The notes under the pieces were generated by a model that was not told where the DNA came from, did no database searches, and saw nothing but the letters and a program-made list of their open reading frames with translations. From positions 1,216,001-1,280,000 of the forward strand of contig CAVQEQ010000003.1 of NCBI GenBank assembly GCA_963711565.1: DNA of 64,000 nt, written 5' to 3'. Below, in pieces: positions 17,880 to 27,713 of the stretch. This stretch comes from an uncultured delta proteobacterium (lineage in GTDB: Bacteria; Desulfobacterota; Binatia; Binatales; Binataceae). Made by a program: the position numbers and the translations under genes. Position 1 is the stretch's first letter. Each line of letters begins with the position of its first letter.

Positions 17880-18188
17880 AGTGCAATGGGATATGAGATC
17901 GTCTAGCAAGGGTTGACAAGTTGTGACGCGGGCGCATAAAAGTTTTCAAGCACTGGGGCCGGGTGCAAGATCGACGTGGCCCTACTCGGTAACTTTCCGA
18001 GGTAAATAAAAAAGGACGGGCAGCTTAGACCGAATCTGCACTAAGCGTGACGCGGGCACCGACACCGCGGGCCTGAAGCCATTTTTGGTGAGGGCCAACC
18101 GCTCAAACCTCCGCGACGGGCTATGGTCGGAGGGGACGTTCTTTAACCGTTCGGGTTTTTCCCGAAAACAAGGTTAGAGGTGCCCCCG

Positions 18189-18443
18189 ATGTCCTCGCAA
18201 GTTATTTCTTGAGATCATCAATTCCAGCAAATTGACCCGCAAAGTTTGCTCCGACTCCGCCAAGTCCTGAAACTCATTCCCGTCGCGCCCTCGTCCTGGT
18301 GGTTGGGCGTCCGCTCTGGGCGTTACCCAACACCGGTGAAACTAGGACCACGCACGACAGCGTGGCGGGCGTCCGACATCCTGAAACTGATCGATTCTCT
18401 CTCGCAGGGCGGTCCCGCTCTGCCGCCGGGGCGATCGTTATGA
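18189..18443 (+). pseudogene. AlpA-family regulator/excisionase with in-frame TGA at codon 8 (or a short form from TTG 18246)
   Basis: AGAGG RBS, ATG 18189, TGA 18210-18212, then same-frame LLRLRQVL...GRYPTPVKLGPRTTAWRASDI. Confidence 0.7.
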
Positions 18444-20308
18444 GCGCCGAGCAGATCGCTCGCGCACTTGGCAACGCCCGCCGCGTGGGCGACGACTGGA
18501 TCGCACGCTGCCCGCTTGCGGTCGAGCACGCCCACGGCGACGAGCATCCGAGCCTGAGCATCTCGGAGTGCGGCGGGAAGATTCTGGTTCACTGTCAGAG
18601 CCGTCATCCGGGCGAGCAATCGCGCGTGATCGATGCGCTCAAAACGCGGGGCTTGTGGCCAGCCGATGGTGCCGCAGCGCGGGTAGTCCCGCGAATCGTC
18701 GCAACTTACCCCTACCGCGACGAGAGCGGCAACGTGCTTTTCGAGGTCGTCCGGTACGCGCCTAAAGATTTCCGTCAGCGGCGGCCGGATGGGAAAGGCG
18801 GCTGGATATGGAACCTCGGCAGCACGCGGCGCGTTCCGTACCGCCTGCCGGAACTGTTCGCGGCTGACAAGGGCGAGCACGTTTTCATAGTGGAAGGCGA
18901 GAAGGACTCCGAGGCGCTGGCGGCACTCGGCCTTGTCGCCACTACCAACCCCGGCGGCGCGGGAAAGTGGCGAGGCGAACACAACGAGCCCCTACGCGGG
19001 CGGCACGTCACGATTTTGCCCGACAACGATAAACCCGGCGAGGATCACGCCCGATTGATCGCGGCGTCACTGGCTGGCGTGGCGACGAACGTGCGAATCG
19101 TGCGCCTTCCGGGCTTGCCCGAAAAAGGCGATGTGAGCGATTGGCTTGCGGCCGGCGGCACGTGCGATGCGCTGCTTGAACTTGTAGGGCGAACCCCCGT
19201 GGTCACGGCGACCGAGATGGCGGATTCTGTCAACTCTCCTTCGTTCGGGTTTTGCACCGTTCACGAGTACCTGAGCGAACGCGCGGCGATAGCTGAACGA
19301 AAATCATTCTGGGCGGAAACTCTGCGCGCCGGTGAAATTTCTATGCTGGCTGGGAGGGCGATGGCAGGAAAGTCCACGTTCGCCTGTGCGTTGACCCGCG
19401 CGCTGCATCTTGGGGTTCCGTTGCTTGGGCGGAATTGCGTAAAGGCGAAGCCCGGCTACATGGCGCTGGAGCGCAACGGCATCAAGGTTGCCAAATTGTT
19501 AGAGGCGTGGGGGCTGGGCGACGCCGTTTATTTTCTCGATCAACTCCCGCCGATGCCACCGGCTGGACTGGCAGCCTTCATCAAGGCGGAGATTCTCCGC
19601 CACGGCCTCGAGGTTGTGGTCGTCGATCATCTTCAGAACCTTGCGAAGATTAGGGACTCGAAAGACTACTCTCTGGTTTCGCTCGCGCTCGAACCATTCC
19701 AGAAGGTTGCGAAAGAGACTGAGGCGCATATTTTACTACTCCACCATCAGGGTAAGACCGAGCGCGAAGGCGTAATCGATGTAATGGGAAGCGAAGCGTA
19801 CCGGGCCGCCGTCGATGCGTTGCTCGAAGCCAGGGCGCGGAAACCGGAATACTTTATCCGGGGCGAGATTCGCGACGAGGCGGACCTACCTCGGACTAAA
19901 GTAACGATCAACCTCAGAACGGGCGACGCCGAGAGCATCGACGCGCATCAGTCCGAAATGGACGCCGTGCAGGACAGGATTAAGGGCTGGCTCCAAACTC
20001 AGCATGACCTTGCCACCTTGGACGAGATCCAAGTGGCGCTCAAATTGAAGCGCGAGACGATTAGCTCTGCGCTGGCGGCCGGAGCTGAGGGCGGAACCTT
20101 TGAGCGATCGGGTGCTGGCAAGCGGGGCGATCCCAACCGGTTCCAGCTTTCTGGATTCAGTTCCCAACACAGTATGGGAACAACGGGAACCGAATCTGAA
20201 AATCCCTCCAAACTCGCGCCAGATATGGATTTATTCAGTTCCCGCCCTTCCGGGAACACAAAAGCCAACCGGGAACCGAATCCCGGCGCGTTCGAGGACG
20301 TGGAATGA
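18440..20308 (+). CDS. Primase-helicase replication protein (Zn-binding-like + TOPRIM + RecA-like AAA helicase)
   Basis: CP..H...HC N-terminus, VEGEKD and PDND TOPRIM, GRAMAGKST Walker A, VVVDHL Walker B, LHH; ATGA overlap with alpA stop. Confidence 0.88.
   Translation: MSAEQIARALGNARRVGDDWIARCPLAVEHAHGDEHPSLSISECGGKILVHCQSRHPGEQSRVIDALKTRGLWPADGAAARVVPRIVATYPYRDESGNVLFEVVRYAPKDFRQRRPDGKGGWIWNLGSTRRVPYRLPELFAADKGEHVFIVEGEKDSEALAALGLVATTNPGGAGKWRGEHNEPLRGRHVTILPDNDKPGEDHARLIAASLAGVATNVRIVRLPGLPEKGDVSDWLAAGGTCDALLELVGRTPVVTATEMADSVNSPSFGFCTVHEYLSERAAIAERKSFWAETLRAGEISMLAGRAMAGKSTFACALTRALHLGVPLLGRNCVKAKPGYMALERNGIKVAKLLEAWGLGDAVYFLDQLPPMPPAGLAAFIKAEILRHGLEVVVVDHLQNLAKIRDSKDYSLVSLALEPFQKVAKETEAHILLLHHQGKTEREGVIDVMGSEAYRAAVDALLEARARKPEYFIRGEIRDEADLPRTKVTINLRTGDAESIDAHQSEMDAVQDRIKGWLQTQHDLATLDEIQVALKLKRETISSALAAGAEGGTFERSGAGKRGDPNRFQLSGFSSQHSMGTTGTESENPSKLAPDMDLFSSRPSGNTKANREPNPGAFEDVE
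20155..20282. repeat. Iteron-like repeats (putative element origin)
   Basis: attcagttccc x2 (20155, 20233) and gggaac x4 (20176, 20185, 20252, 20271) in opposing orientation. Confidence 0.6.
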
Positions 20309-20775
20309 CTGTTCAAGAAATCCTGTGCCAAGTGCGCGAGCGTGGCGTGGCACTGACCGTGATAGACGGCAGGTTGAAGGCTTCCCCGCCCGGCTTACTA
20401 TCGCCGGACCTGAAAACCGCAATCCACGAGTGGGCGGCCGAAATAAAAGCCCTGCTTCCGAATGTGCAAGAGCGCAACCGCTGGCCTGATCGCACGCGTG
20501 CGCCGATGCCGTTGCCGCGATGCGGCGCATTGGTATGCCGGACCTGCCACGTTCACAGTCCGAGTTCGCACCACGACGATTGCGCCATCCCGCGATTCGA
20601 TCCTTGTGGCTCGCGATGGTGGTGGTTATCGCCGCATGGTGCGATCAAGTGTTGCGCCTGTAATCCGCCTATGGACCTGAGCCTCGCCGAGGCTTGGGTG
20701 CTGGCGCGCGAGCCTGACGGCAGCATCCCCGGCAAGATCCTGACGCTGTTGAACGCCAAAGCCACGCTTCAGTAG
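20305..20775 (+). CDS. Hypothetical protein, TubC_N-like N-terminus and Cys-rich C-terminus
   Basis: RGVALTVIDGRLKASPP motif common downstream of satellite primases; CxxC pairs; ATGA coupling. Confidence 0.65.
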   Translation: MTVQEILCQVRERGVALTVIDGRLKASPPGLLSPDLKTAIHEWAAEIKALLPNVQERNRWPDRTRAPMPLPRCGALVCRTCHVHSPSSHHDDCAIPRFDPCGSRWWWLSPHGAIKCCACNPPMDLSLAEAWVLAREPDGSIPGKILTLLNAKATLQ

Positions 20776-20922
20776 GCGATATGTGCAATCCGGTGACGAC
20801 GGTTGACAGTTGAAAGAAAGTCTCAGGGCTGAAAAAACTCTCTCGCAGCCGAGGCGGCGCACCTCGATGCTGGCAATAAAAGTAGGCAGAGCTTTGCCCG
20901 AATCTTGCGCCGACTAACGCCT

Positions 20923-22434
20923 CTAGCGGGGGACCGCTATAAAAAGCACTCCATCAATACCCGTATTCGAGCCGCTGATGTTGGCAATTGGTGCCACGTC
21001 TGGATAGTTGGGGTCGCTCAGCAGGCTGGCCAAAGGTGGATAGACGGTTACGCTGTTTGCACCGCCTGCTGAAAAGCCGTCATTTGTGACGTAGATGTTC
21101 CCCTTGGAATCTACGGCAACACCGAAAGGGTAACTGAGCCCGGTGTCAGGACCGGCGATCTTGGCGATCGGCGTCACGTCTCCGCCGCTCGCGGCTTGTG
21201 CGGCTGAATAGACTGTTATCGTCTGCGCCCCGAAATTCGCCGCGTACACATTTCCGTCAGAATCGAGCGCAACTCCAACGGCGCTAAGACCGGTGTTGAC
21301 ACCGCTGATGGTGGCGGCAGGAAGGCCGCTACCGGCCGAAAAGATGTTGACGCCCGGACTAGCAGCCACATAGAGGTTCCCGCCTGAGTCAACGGCGATA
21401 CCCTGGGCTGCCCCTGTGTTGGCGCCCGCAATTGCAAAGAAAGGCGCGATGTCACCTTCGCTGCCGCTTGCAAATTCCACGACCGAATCCGGGTACTCCG
21501 GAGCCGGACCGTTATCGTTTGTGACGAAAATGTTTGCGTGGGAGTCCACTGCGATGCCGTAGGGAGTTTCAAGTTCGGTCTTACTACCGGTGATGGTGGC
21601 GATTGGCGCGACGTTCCCGCCGCTCGCGGCTTCTGCTGCTGAATACAGGTAAATTACGCCGAAGCCACTGGCTACGTACAAATTTCCTGCTGAATCGAGG
21701 GCGACCCCCTGAACTCCGCCGAGTCCTGTTCGGTTTCCGATGATGGTTGTGGTGGGCGTCACGTTACCACTGCTCCCAGCCGCGTATGAGATCACACTGT
21801 TGTTTAGCCAATTGGTCACGAAGACCTCGGCCAGCCCGGGCACCAACGTCGGAGTCGCCGTAGGACTCGGTGCTACCGTGGGTGTCGCGGTTGGCGTCTG
21901 GGTGAACGTCGAAGTTGCAGTAGCGGTGGCTGTGCGCGTTGCCGTGGCGGTGGCTGTGGCCGTGGCAGTTGCGGTCGCCGTCACCGTTGCTGTGGCGGTT
22001 GGCGTGGGTGTCGTCGCGACGCCGAAAGCGGTTCCCTTCAACTTCACCACCTGCGCCTCGTCTGTCGGGCCAGCTCCAACGCTGTACGTGATGACGAGCG
22101 TTCCAGTATTCTTCGTTCCTTTCGGATTGCTCGCGACGGTTGGATCGAACGTGACCGAAAGCGCACAGAATGCAGGCTTTGCGGCAAGAATTGAAGTGCA
22201 GGTGTTCGAGGCGATAGCGAACGGGCCGCTCGGTGCTATTGAGGAAATGCTTAGGGCGACCTTGCTACGATTCGACACGGTTACAGTTCTTGAGGCAGAG
22301 ATCGTGCGAACCTTCACCTTCCCGAACGAAAGTTTCTTTGGGCTTACGTGCAGAGCGGGCTCCGTCAACAACGCGTGAACCAGTTGCGGGAGAATCAGGA
22401 TAACAAGAAGTGTGATGGGGATTGCCCTTCGCAA
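20923..22434 (-). CDS. Secreted Ig-like domain + Thr/Ala linker + NHL-type beta-propeller protein
   Basis: Signal peptide, SPKKLSFGKV Ig-like domain, (TA)n linker, five GVAxDSxGNxYV repeats. Confidence 0.85.
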   Translation of the reverse strand: MRRAIPITLLVILILPQLVHALLTEPALHVSPKKLSFGKVKVRTISASRTVTVSNRSKVALSISSIAPSGPFAIASNTCTSILAAKPAFCALSVTFDPTVASNPKGTKNTGTLVITYSVGAGPTDEAQVVKLKGTAFGVATTPTPTATATVTATATATATATATATRTATATATSTFTQTPTATPTVAPSPTATPTLVPGLAEVFVTNWLNNSVISYAAGSSGNVTPTTTIIGNRTGLGGVQGVALDSAGNLYVASGFGVIYLYSAAEAASGGNVAPIATITGSKTELETPYGIAVDSHANIFVTNDNGPAPEYPDSVVEFASGSEGDIAPFFAIAGANTGAAQGIAVDSGGNLYVAASPGVNIFSAGSGLPAATISGVNTGLSAVGVALDSDGNVYAANFGAQTITVYSAAQAASGGDVTPIAKIAGPDTGLSYPFGVAVDSKGNIYVTNDGFSAGGANSVTVYPPLASLLSDPNYPDVAPIANISGSNTGIDGVLFIAVPR

Positions 22435-22613
22435 GGATCGCTTCCGCTAGAAATCCTGAGTCCCTGGCCTAAGACCTGTACTCATGCAGCAAGATTTCTC
22501 GGGAGCGAACATCAAATCGTTGAAGCCTTTCTCGTCCTCGTGGTTCGTCGGCTGGAACGGCGCTTGAGAGTATCCTCTGTGGTATCTGAGATCAAGTAAA
22601 AGCAACAGATGCC

Positions 22614-22850
22614 GTGATGAGTGCCACATCACGGCTTTCCGAGGCTCTTGCCGCAATAATCAGAAAGCGCAGACTCCAGAAAGGTTTGTCGCAAGAGGCG
22701 CTCGCTGAACTCGCAAAAGTTCATCACACCTACGTCAGCATGCTGGAGCGGGGGAAAAGTAAGCCAACGGTTGATGTTGCTGAGCGACTTGCCCGCGCCC
22801 TTGGAAAGAAGCTGTCTACGCTCATAGCGGAGGCCGAACGCACGCGCTGA
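22614..22850 (+). CDS. XRE-family HTH regulator (controller protein-like)
   Basis: GLSQEALAELAKVHHTYVSMLERG..PT. Confidence 0.88.
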   Translation: MMSATSRLSEALAAIIRKRRLQKGLSQEALAELAKVHHTYVSMLERGKSKPTVDVAERLARALGKKLSTLIAEAERTR

Positions 22851-23022
22851 TCCCTGGGCTGCTAGAAGGGAGGCGCGGTGTGGTGCATCATGTCCCTCTC
22901 CGTGGTCAGCGTCTTTCGCCTCAAAATCGTGGGCTTCGAGCGCCCGGCCTTCCACTTGGAGTATCGGGGCGCGACAGGGATCTTGTAGTGATGGACCGTC
23001 CGGGAGTATTCAGTCCTCGACT

Positions 23023-23337
23023 ATGCCGATCCTCTATTTCCTACCGTGGTGTCGCTTGAGTGAACGTCTGGACGTGCACCCTGTATCGTTTATTCCGTTC
23101 AATCGAGTCTTCCCGCCGAGTGATTTTGACGACGCGACCGCGAGGCTGATTAGCAGTATTTCAGAAAATTTCATCGCAATTGACGGGAACCCCGTGTCTG
23201 AAAGCGTAGAGATTCATCCAATCAAGCAGAGGATCACCAAGCGCAAAATTCCACGTGGCGGTAGCGCTAACCCAATCCAGCCAATCGTCACGCGTCTTCG
23301 GACTGATATCGACGCCATCCTCGCTATGTGTAGCTGA
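23023..23337 (+). pseudogene. Probable truncated cargo gene
   Basis: Protein-like N-terminal ~60 aa, then loss of clear coding signal to attR. Confidence 0.35.
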
Positions 23338-24084
23338 AGCGATTCCCAATCGTCACCTCCGAGCTGTGAAGACGGGCCTGCTGCAAGAAGCTCCGGCCTC
23401 TATCTTCTACGTTGCGCCGCTACACATGCCCATGCCGCTACAAGGGAGAGGCCCCCCATGCCAAGGAGAAACCTGGCAATCTTACATGAGAGCGACGCAG
23501 GGCTGCGAGCATTCAGAACTTGGATTTCAAGCACGGCACCCTCATGCGAAGTTGTCTGCGATGAATGGCGCCAGATTTTTGGATCTGCGAGTTGCTCGCT
23601 GCTTGAGCGGCGGTCGATGCAGAGTCTACGGGTCCTCCATAACGTGAAGAGGGGTATAGCCCCGGTCGGGCTGCATGGGACCCGAGGAATGCGGGCGCGC
23701 GCCTCGGGCCTTCCTCGGCATGTCCGCAAACCGCTGATGGGAAATCTGCGACTGGCAGCGCGTCGGGTCTTTTGAGGGTTCCCGGTGAAAACGAACGGGG
23801 CATTCGGTAGGCTCGGTCTCGGTAGCCAAGGCCACGGTGGTGGTCGAGTCCTGTTAAAAGATTACCCTCTTTGAGTCGGGCAGAATCAAGAGGGGCGCCG
23901 CAAAATCTCGGGCGGTGCTCGCGTTCTAGCCGCGTCTCGTGACGCGTGAACGGCCTCTTGGTGCGTAGATGCGGAAGCCGGCAGCGCGCGGTTAGCAGCA
24001 ATTTTTCGGGGTACTTTTGGGGGTAACTCCAAAACTCGCCGGCGAGAAGGAATCATGATCACGACGGTTTTGGAAACTTAGCGG

Positions 24085-24102
24085 TTCCCCCCGCCTCCAC
24101 CA
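24085..24102 (+). repeat. attR core
   Basis: Exact copy of the last 18 nt of ssrA. Confidence 0.92.
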
Positions 24103-24397
24103 TCGAATGGGAATGACAGCTCGCTGCGGTCAGAGTTAGTATCAGGGCATGAAATAAAATATAACTAAAAGTAGAGTTTTCTGTTCCCTCTGACGCGGCA
24201 ATTGTACTACAATTCAGGTATTATGACGGGCAATAATGTGTTTGAACGCACTTTGTCTGCTCCGCTGGAAGCCACGCGAAGATAAACCGTGTTTAGGAGT
24301 TGCCCACGAGTACAGCAGTCAATGCGCAGAAGCAAACGGCGCTCTCGTTTGTTGAGCCGTACAACCATTTGATGAATCAAGGCGGCAGTTTGTACGA

Positions 24398-27142
24398 GTG
24401 GCAACCCGGGAGTCTTCGCTGAATCGTATTCGCGCATTCCTGTGCTGCGCGGTGTTCGTCGCAGCGTTTGCGGGCTACCAGCAGGTTGCGGGGGCAGTAT
24501 CGCAGCCGCTCGCGCTGATCGTTGAGCCGGTAAGCGATTCGAAGCTGGCGACGCTCGCCGGCAATACGCGTCCGGAAGCGACGGCGGCAAATGATCGCGG
24601 CCCCGTCGCCGCGGACCTTCCGCTGGATCACATGCTGCTTCAGTTGTTGCGGTCTCCCGAGCGGGAACAAGCGCTCGACAAATACATCAATCAGCTCGAG
24701 GACCCGAAGTCGCCGAACTACCATCATTGGTTGACCGCGCAGGAACTGAGACAGCGATACGGATTGGCTGCGCAAGATATCGACACGATCACAAATTGGC
24801 TCAAATCGCATGGCTTCACGGTCAACCGGGTATATCCCAACGGCCTCGTGATTGATTTCTCGGGTAACGCCGGCCAGGTCCAGGAAGCATTCCATACCGA
24901 GATACATCACCTGGACGTGCACGGAGCGACGCACATCGCCAACATGAGCGATCCCCGGATTCCGGCGGCGCTGGCGCCCGTGGTGGCGGGAGTGGTGTCG
25001 CTCAACGACTTCAGACCGCAAGCCAATTACACCTACAACTGTCCACCCGACACCTGTTATTCGCTGGCGCCGGCTGACCTGGCGACCATCTACAATCTCA
25101 GCCCGCTGTTTTCTGGGGGCATTTCAGGCCAGGGGCAAACGATCGTAGTGGTCGAGGAATCAGACGTTTATTCGTTGCCCGATTGGACTACATTCCGCGC
25201 TACGTTCGGTCTTTCGTCGTACACCGATGGGTCCGTTTCGCAGGTACATCCGGGATGCGACGATCCCGGCTTTAACACCAACGAGGGCGAGGCAATAATC
25301 GATGCTGAATGGGCCAGTGCAGCGGCGCCCAGCGCCACGATCGTGCTCGCTTCCTGCGCCAACACCACCACTCCCGGTGAGATAATCGCGATGGAAAATC
25401 TGTTGAATACCGATGGCACAAGCACCCCCGCCATCGTGAGCAACAGCTACGGGCAGGCTGAGACCGTGAACGGCTCGACGCTCAACGCCGCGATCAATTC
25501 TCTGTATCAGACCGCGGAAGTGGTGGACGGCGTTTCAGTCTTCGTTGCGGCGGGAGACTCGGGCGGGGCGTATGCTGACGAGGCTCCCGTTAATGCAGGG
25601 TCGGAATTCGCAGCCAGCATGGGAATTACCGTCAATGGTTCGGCGTCCACTCCGTACAATGTGGCAGTGGGCGGGACCGATTTCAGCGATACCTACGCGG
25701 GCACCAACAGCACTTACTGGAATGAGTCCAACACCGCCGATTACGGCTCTGCTATCTCGTATATTCCGGAAATCCCGTGGAACTACTCGTGCGCTGGTGA
25801 ATTGCTCGTCAGCTCCCTTGGCTATCCTTCGCAGTTCGGTTCGGCGAGTCTCTGCAACGAGGGTGGTTTTCTCGATATCACCGCAGGCGCCGGCGGGCCG
25901 AGCGGCTGCGCAACCGGGGCGCCCTCGACCCCAGGCGTCGTCAGCGGGTCGTGCCATGGATACGCGAAGCCCGCGTGGCAATCGATCCTGGGAAATCCGA
26001 GCGACGGCGTGCGCGACATTCCCGACGTGTCACTGTTCGCGTCGGACGGGCCCTGGGATCATGGATACGTCCAGTGCGACTCCGATCCGGTTGATGGCGG
26101 AGGCTGCGTCGCAGGAGTCGGAGGAACCTCGTTTGCCGCGCCGATAATGGCCGGCATCCAGGCGCTTGTGAATCAGAAACTTGACGCGCGCCAGGGTAAT
26201 CCGAATCCTGCGTACTACTCGCTGGCGGCTGCCGAGTACGGCACGAGCGGTTCGTCGTCGTGCAACTCATCGAAAGGCAACGCTGTCGGCAGCAAGTGCA
26301 TCTTCTATGACATAACCGAGGGCGACAGCGTCGTGCCATGCACTGGCTCCAACAACTGCTATGACCCGTCGGGCACCTATGGCGTGCTGTCCACTTCGGA
26401 CACATCTTTCGAGCCCGCGTATACGGCGACGGTTGGATGGGATTTCACCACCGGTATCGGCAGCGTCAATGCGTACAACCTCGTGATGGCATTCCCCGCG
26501 AGCGCGACGCCCACCCCAACTAGCACGGCGACGCCGACTGCGACCAGCACTGGCGCGACGCCGACCGCGACGCCATCGCGAACCGCGACCCCATCGAGGA
26601 CCGCGACCCCGACGGCAACCTCGACGGGGGCAACTCCAACGGCGACGGCGTCCGCAACGTCATCTCGGACAGCCACTGCGACGCCAACGGCGACTGCTAC
26701 CGGTACGGCAATCGCCACGCCGACCACGACGGCTACCCCGACTGCAACACCGACCGCGAGTGCGACCGCAACCGAGACTGCGACGCCGACCGCGACTCCG
26801 ACTCAGGTTCCGGAGCAGTTGAAGGTCAAGCCGTCGTCGAAGAATTTCGGCGACGTGAAGTTGGGCAGCACCAAAAGCGCGTCGCTCACCCTTACCAATG
26901 CGGCAAAAAAGGGACCGCCGATCACTTTCGGCCATCCGATGGCATCGCTCTCGCCGGTCAGCCCCGAGGAATTCAGGACGGTTGCCACGACTTGCCCGGC
27001 GCAGCTGATGCCGAAGAAGAAGTGCAAGATCACGCTCCAATTTGCTCCGACTTCAACGGGTCCGACCTCCTCCGCGCTAACCATCCTTGACAACGCCTCA
27101 AATGCCAACCAGGTGATCCAGTTACATGGCTCCGGCAAATGA
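24398..27142 (+). CDS. S53 (sedolisin/kumamolisin) protease with pro-domain, Thr/Pro linker and C-terminal Ig-like domain
   Basis: SPNYHHWLT pro-domain, EAIIDAE, SNSYG, AAGDSG, GGTSFAAP, GWDFTTGIG. Confidence 0.92.
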   Translation: MATRESSLNRIRAFLCCAVFVAAFAGYQQVAGAVSQPLALIVEPVSDSKLATLAGNTRPEATAANDRGPVAADLPLDHMLLQLLRSPEREQALDKYINQLEDPKSPNYHHWLTAQELRQRYGLAAQDIDTITNWLKSHGFTVNRVYPNGLVIDFSGNAGQVQEAFHTEIHHLDVHGATHIANMSDPRIPAALAPVVAGVVSLNDFRPQANYTYNCPPDTCYSLAPADLATIYNLSPLFSGGISGQGQTIVVVEESDVYSLPDWTTFRATFGLSSYTDGSVSQVHPGCDDPGFNTNEGEAIIDAEWASAAAPSATIVLASCANTTTPGEIIAMENLLNTDGTSTPAIVSNSYGQAETVNGSTLNAAINSLYQTAEVVDGVSVFVAAGDSGGAYADEAPVNAGSEFAASMGITVNGSASTPYNVAVGGTDFSDTYAGTNSTYWNESNTADYGSAISYIPEIPWNYSCAGELLVSSLGYPSQFGSASLCNEGGFLDITAGAGGPSGCATGAPSTPGVVSGSCHGYAKPAWQSILGNPSDGVRDIPDVSLFASDGPWDHGYVQCDSDPVDGGGCVAGVGGTSFAAPIMAGIQALVNQKLDARQGNPNPAYYSLAAAEYGTSGSSSCNSSKGNAVGSKCIFYDITEGDSVVPCTGSNNCYDPSGTYGVLSTSDTSFEPAYTATVGWDFTTGIGSVNAYNLVMAFPASATPTPTSTATPTATSTGATPTATPSRTATPSRTATPTATSTGATPTATASATSSRTATATPTATATGTAIATPTTTATPTATPTASATATETATPTATPTQVPEQLKVKPSSKNFGDVKLGSTKSASLTLTNAAKKGPPITFGHPMASLSPVSPEEFRTVATTCPAQLMPKKKCKITLQFAPTSTGPTSSALTILDNASNANQVIQLHGSGK

Positions 27143-27326
27143 ATCGCTCATTAATTAAGCCAAGAAGTCCCGCTCGTCCTCAGGGGTTCCTGATACGGTC
27201 CCGCGCCTGAGCGCTATAAGGTCAAGCGCGCCGAAAGCGCCATCTCGGCTCCACGAAGCATTGCACCTCTTCTCCGCCTGAAACACTGCACGAGTATCGG
27301 AAGCCGGTATTAGGTACAATCGGTCC

Positions 27327-27713
27327 ATGCGCGGTGACGACGAACGCGAGGAGCCGACGATACTGGTCGTCGAGGACGACGAAGACGCACGCGATGCGAT
27401 GGTCGCGCTGCTGCAGCTTAAGGGTTATCGGGCCGTGCCTGCGAGCAATGGCAGGGAGGCGCTGGACTACCTGGATCAAGCACCGCCGCCCGACTTGATC
27501 ATACTCGACTTGTGGATGCCGGTGATGGATGGCTGGCAATTCCGCTCGGAACAAATGAAGAACCCGCGACTGGCGGACATACCGGTGATCGTCGTTAGCG
27601 CCTTGGGCGATCACGCCGAGGTTGACGCGAACGAAATCATCATTAAGCCCGTAGATGTGGATCGCCTGCTCGCGACCATCGGCCATTACTGCAGACCGGA
27701 GCCGACGCCATGA
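27327..27713 (+). CDS. Single-domain response regulator
   Basis: VVEDD, ILDLWMPVMDG, KP. Confidence 0.9.
   Translation: MRGDDEREEPTILVVEDDEDARDAMVALLQLKGYRAVPASNGREALDYLDQAPPPDLIILDLWMPVMDGWQFRSEQMKNPRLADIPVIVVSALGDHAEVDANEIIIKPVDVDRLLATIGHYCRPEPTP

Larger units (their letters stand above)
16490..24102. mobile_element. ~7.6 kb integrative, phage-satellite-like element in the ssrA 3' end
   Basis: Identical 18-bp TTCCCCCCGCCTCCACCA at 16490-16507 and 24085-24102 enclosing int, alpA and primase-helicase. Confidence 0.93.

Noticed and set aside
21840-22020. Low-complexity GTGGC/GTTGC repeats (also 26500-26805)
   Set aside because: They encode Thr/Ala/Pro linkers and are not independent DNA elements.
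23630-23665. Lambda cosQ-like GGGTCCT followed by GGGG-TATAG-CCCC inside the island
   Set aside because: A 7-mer match is expected by chance in GC-rich DNA and no terminase gene supports it.
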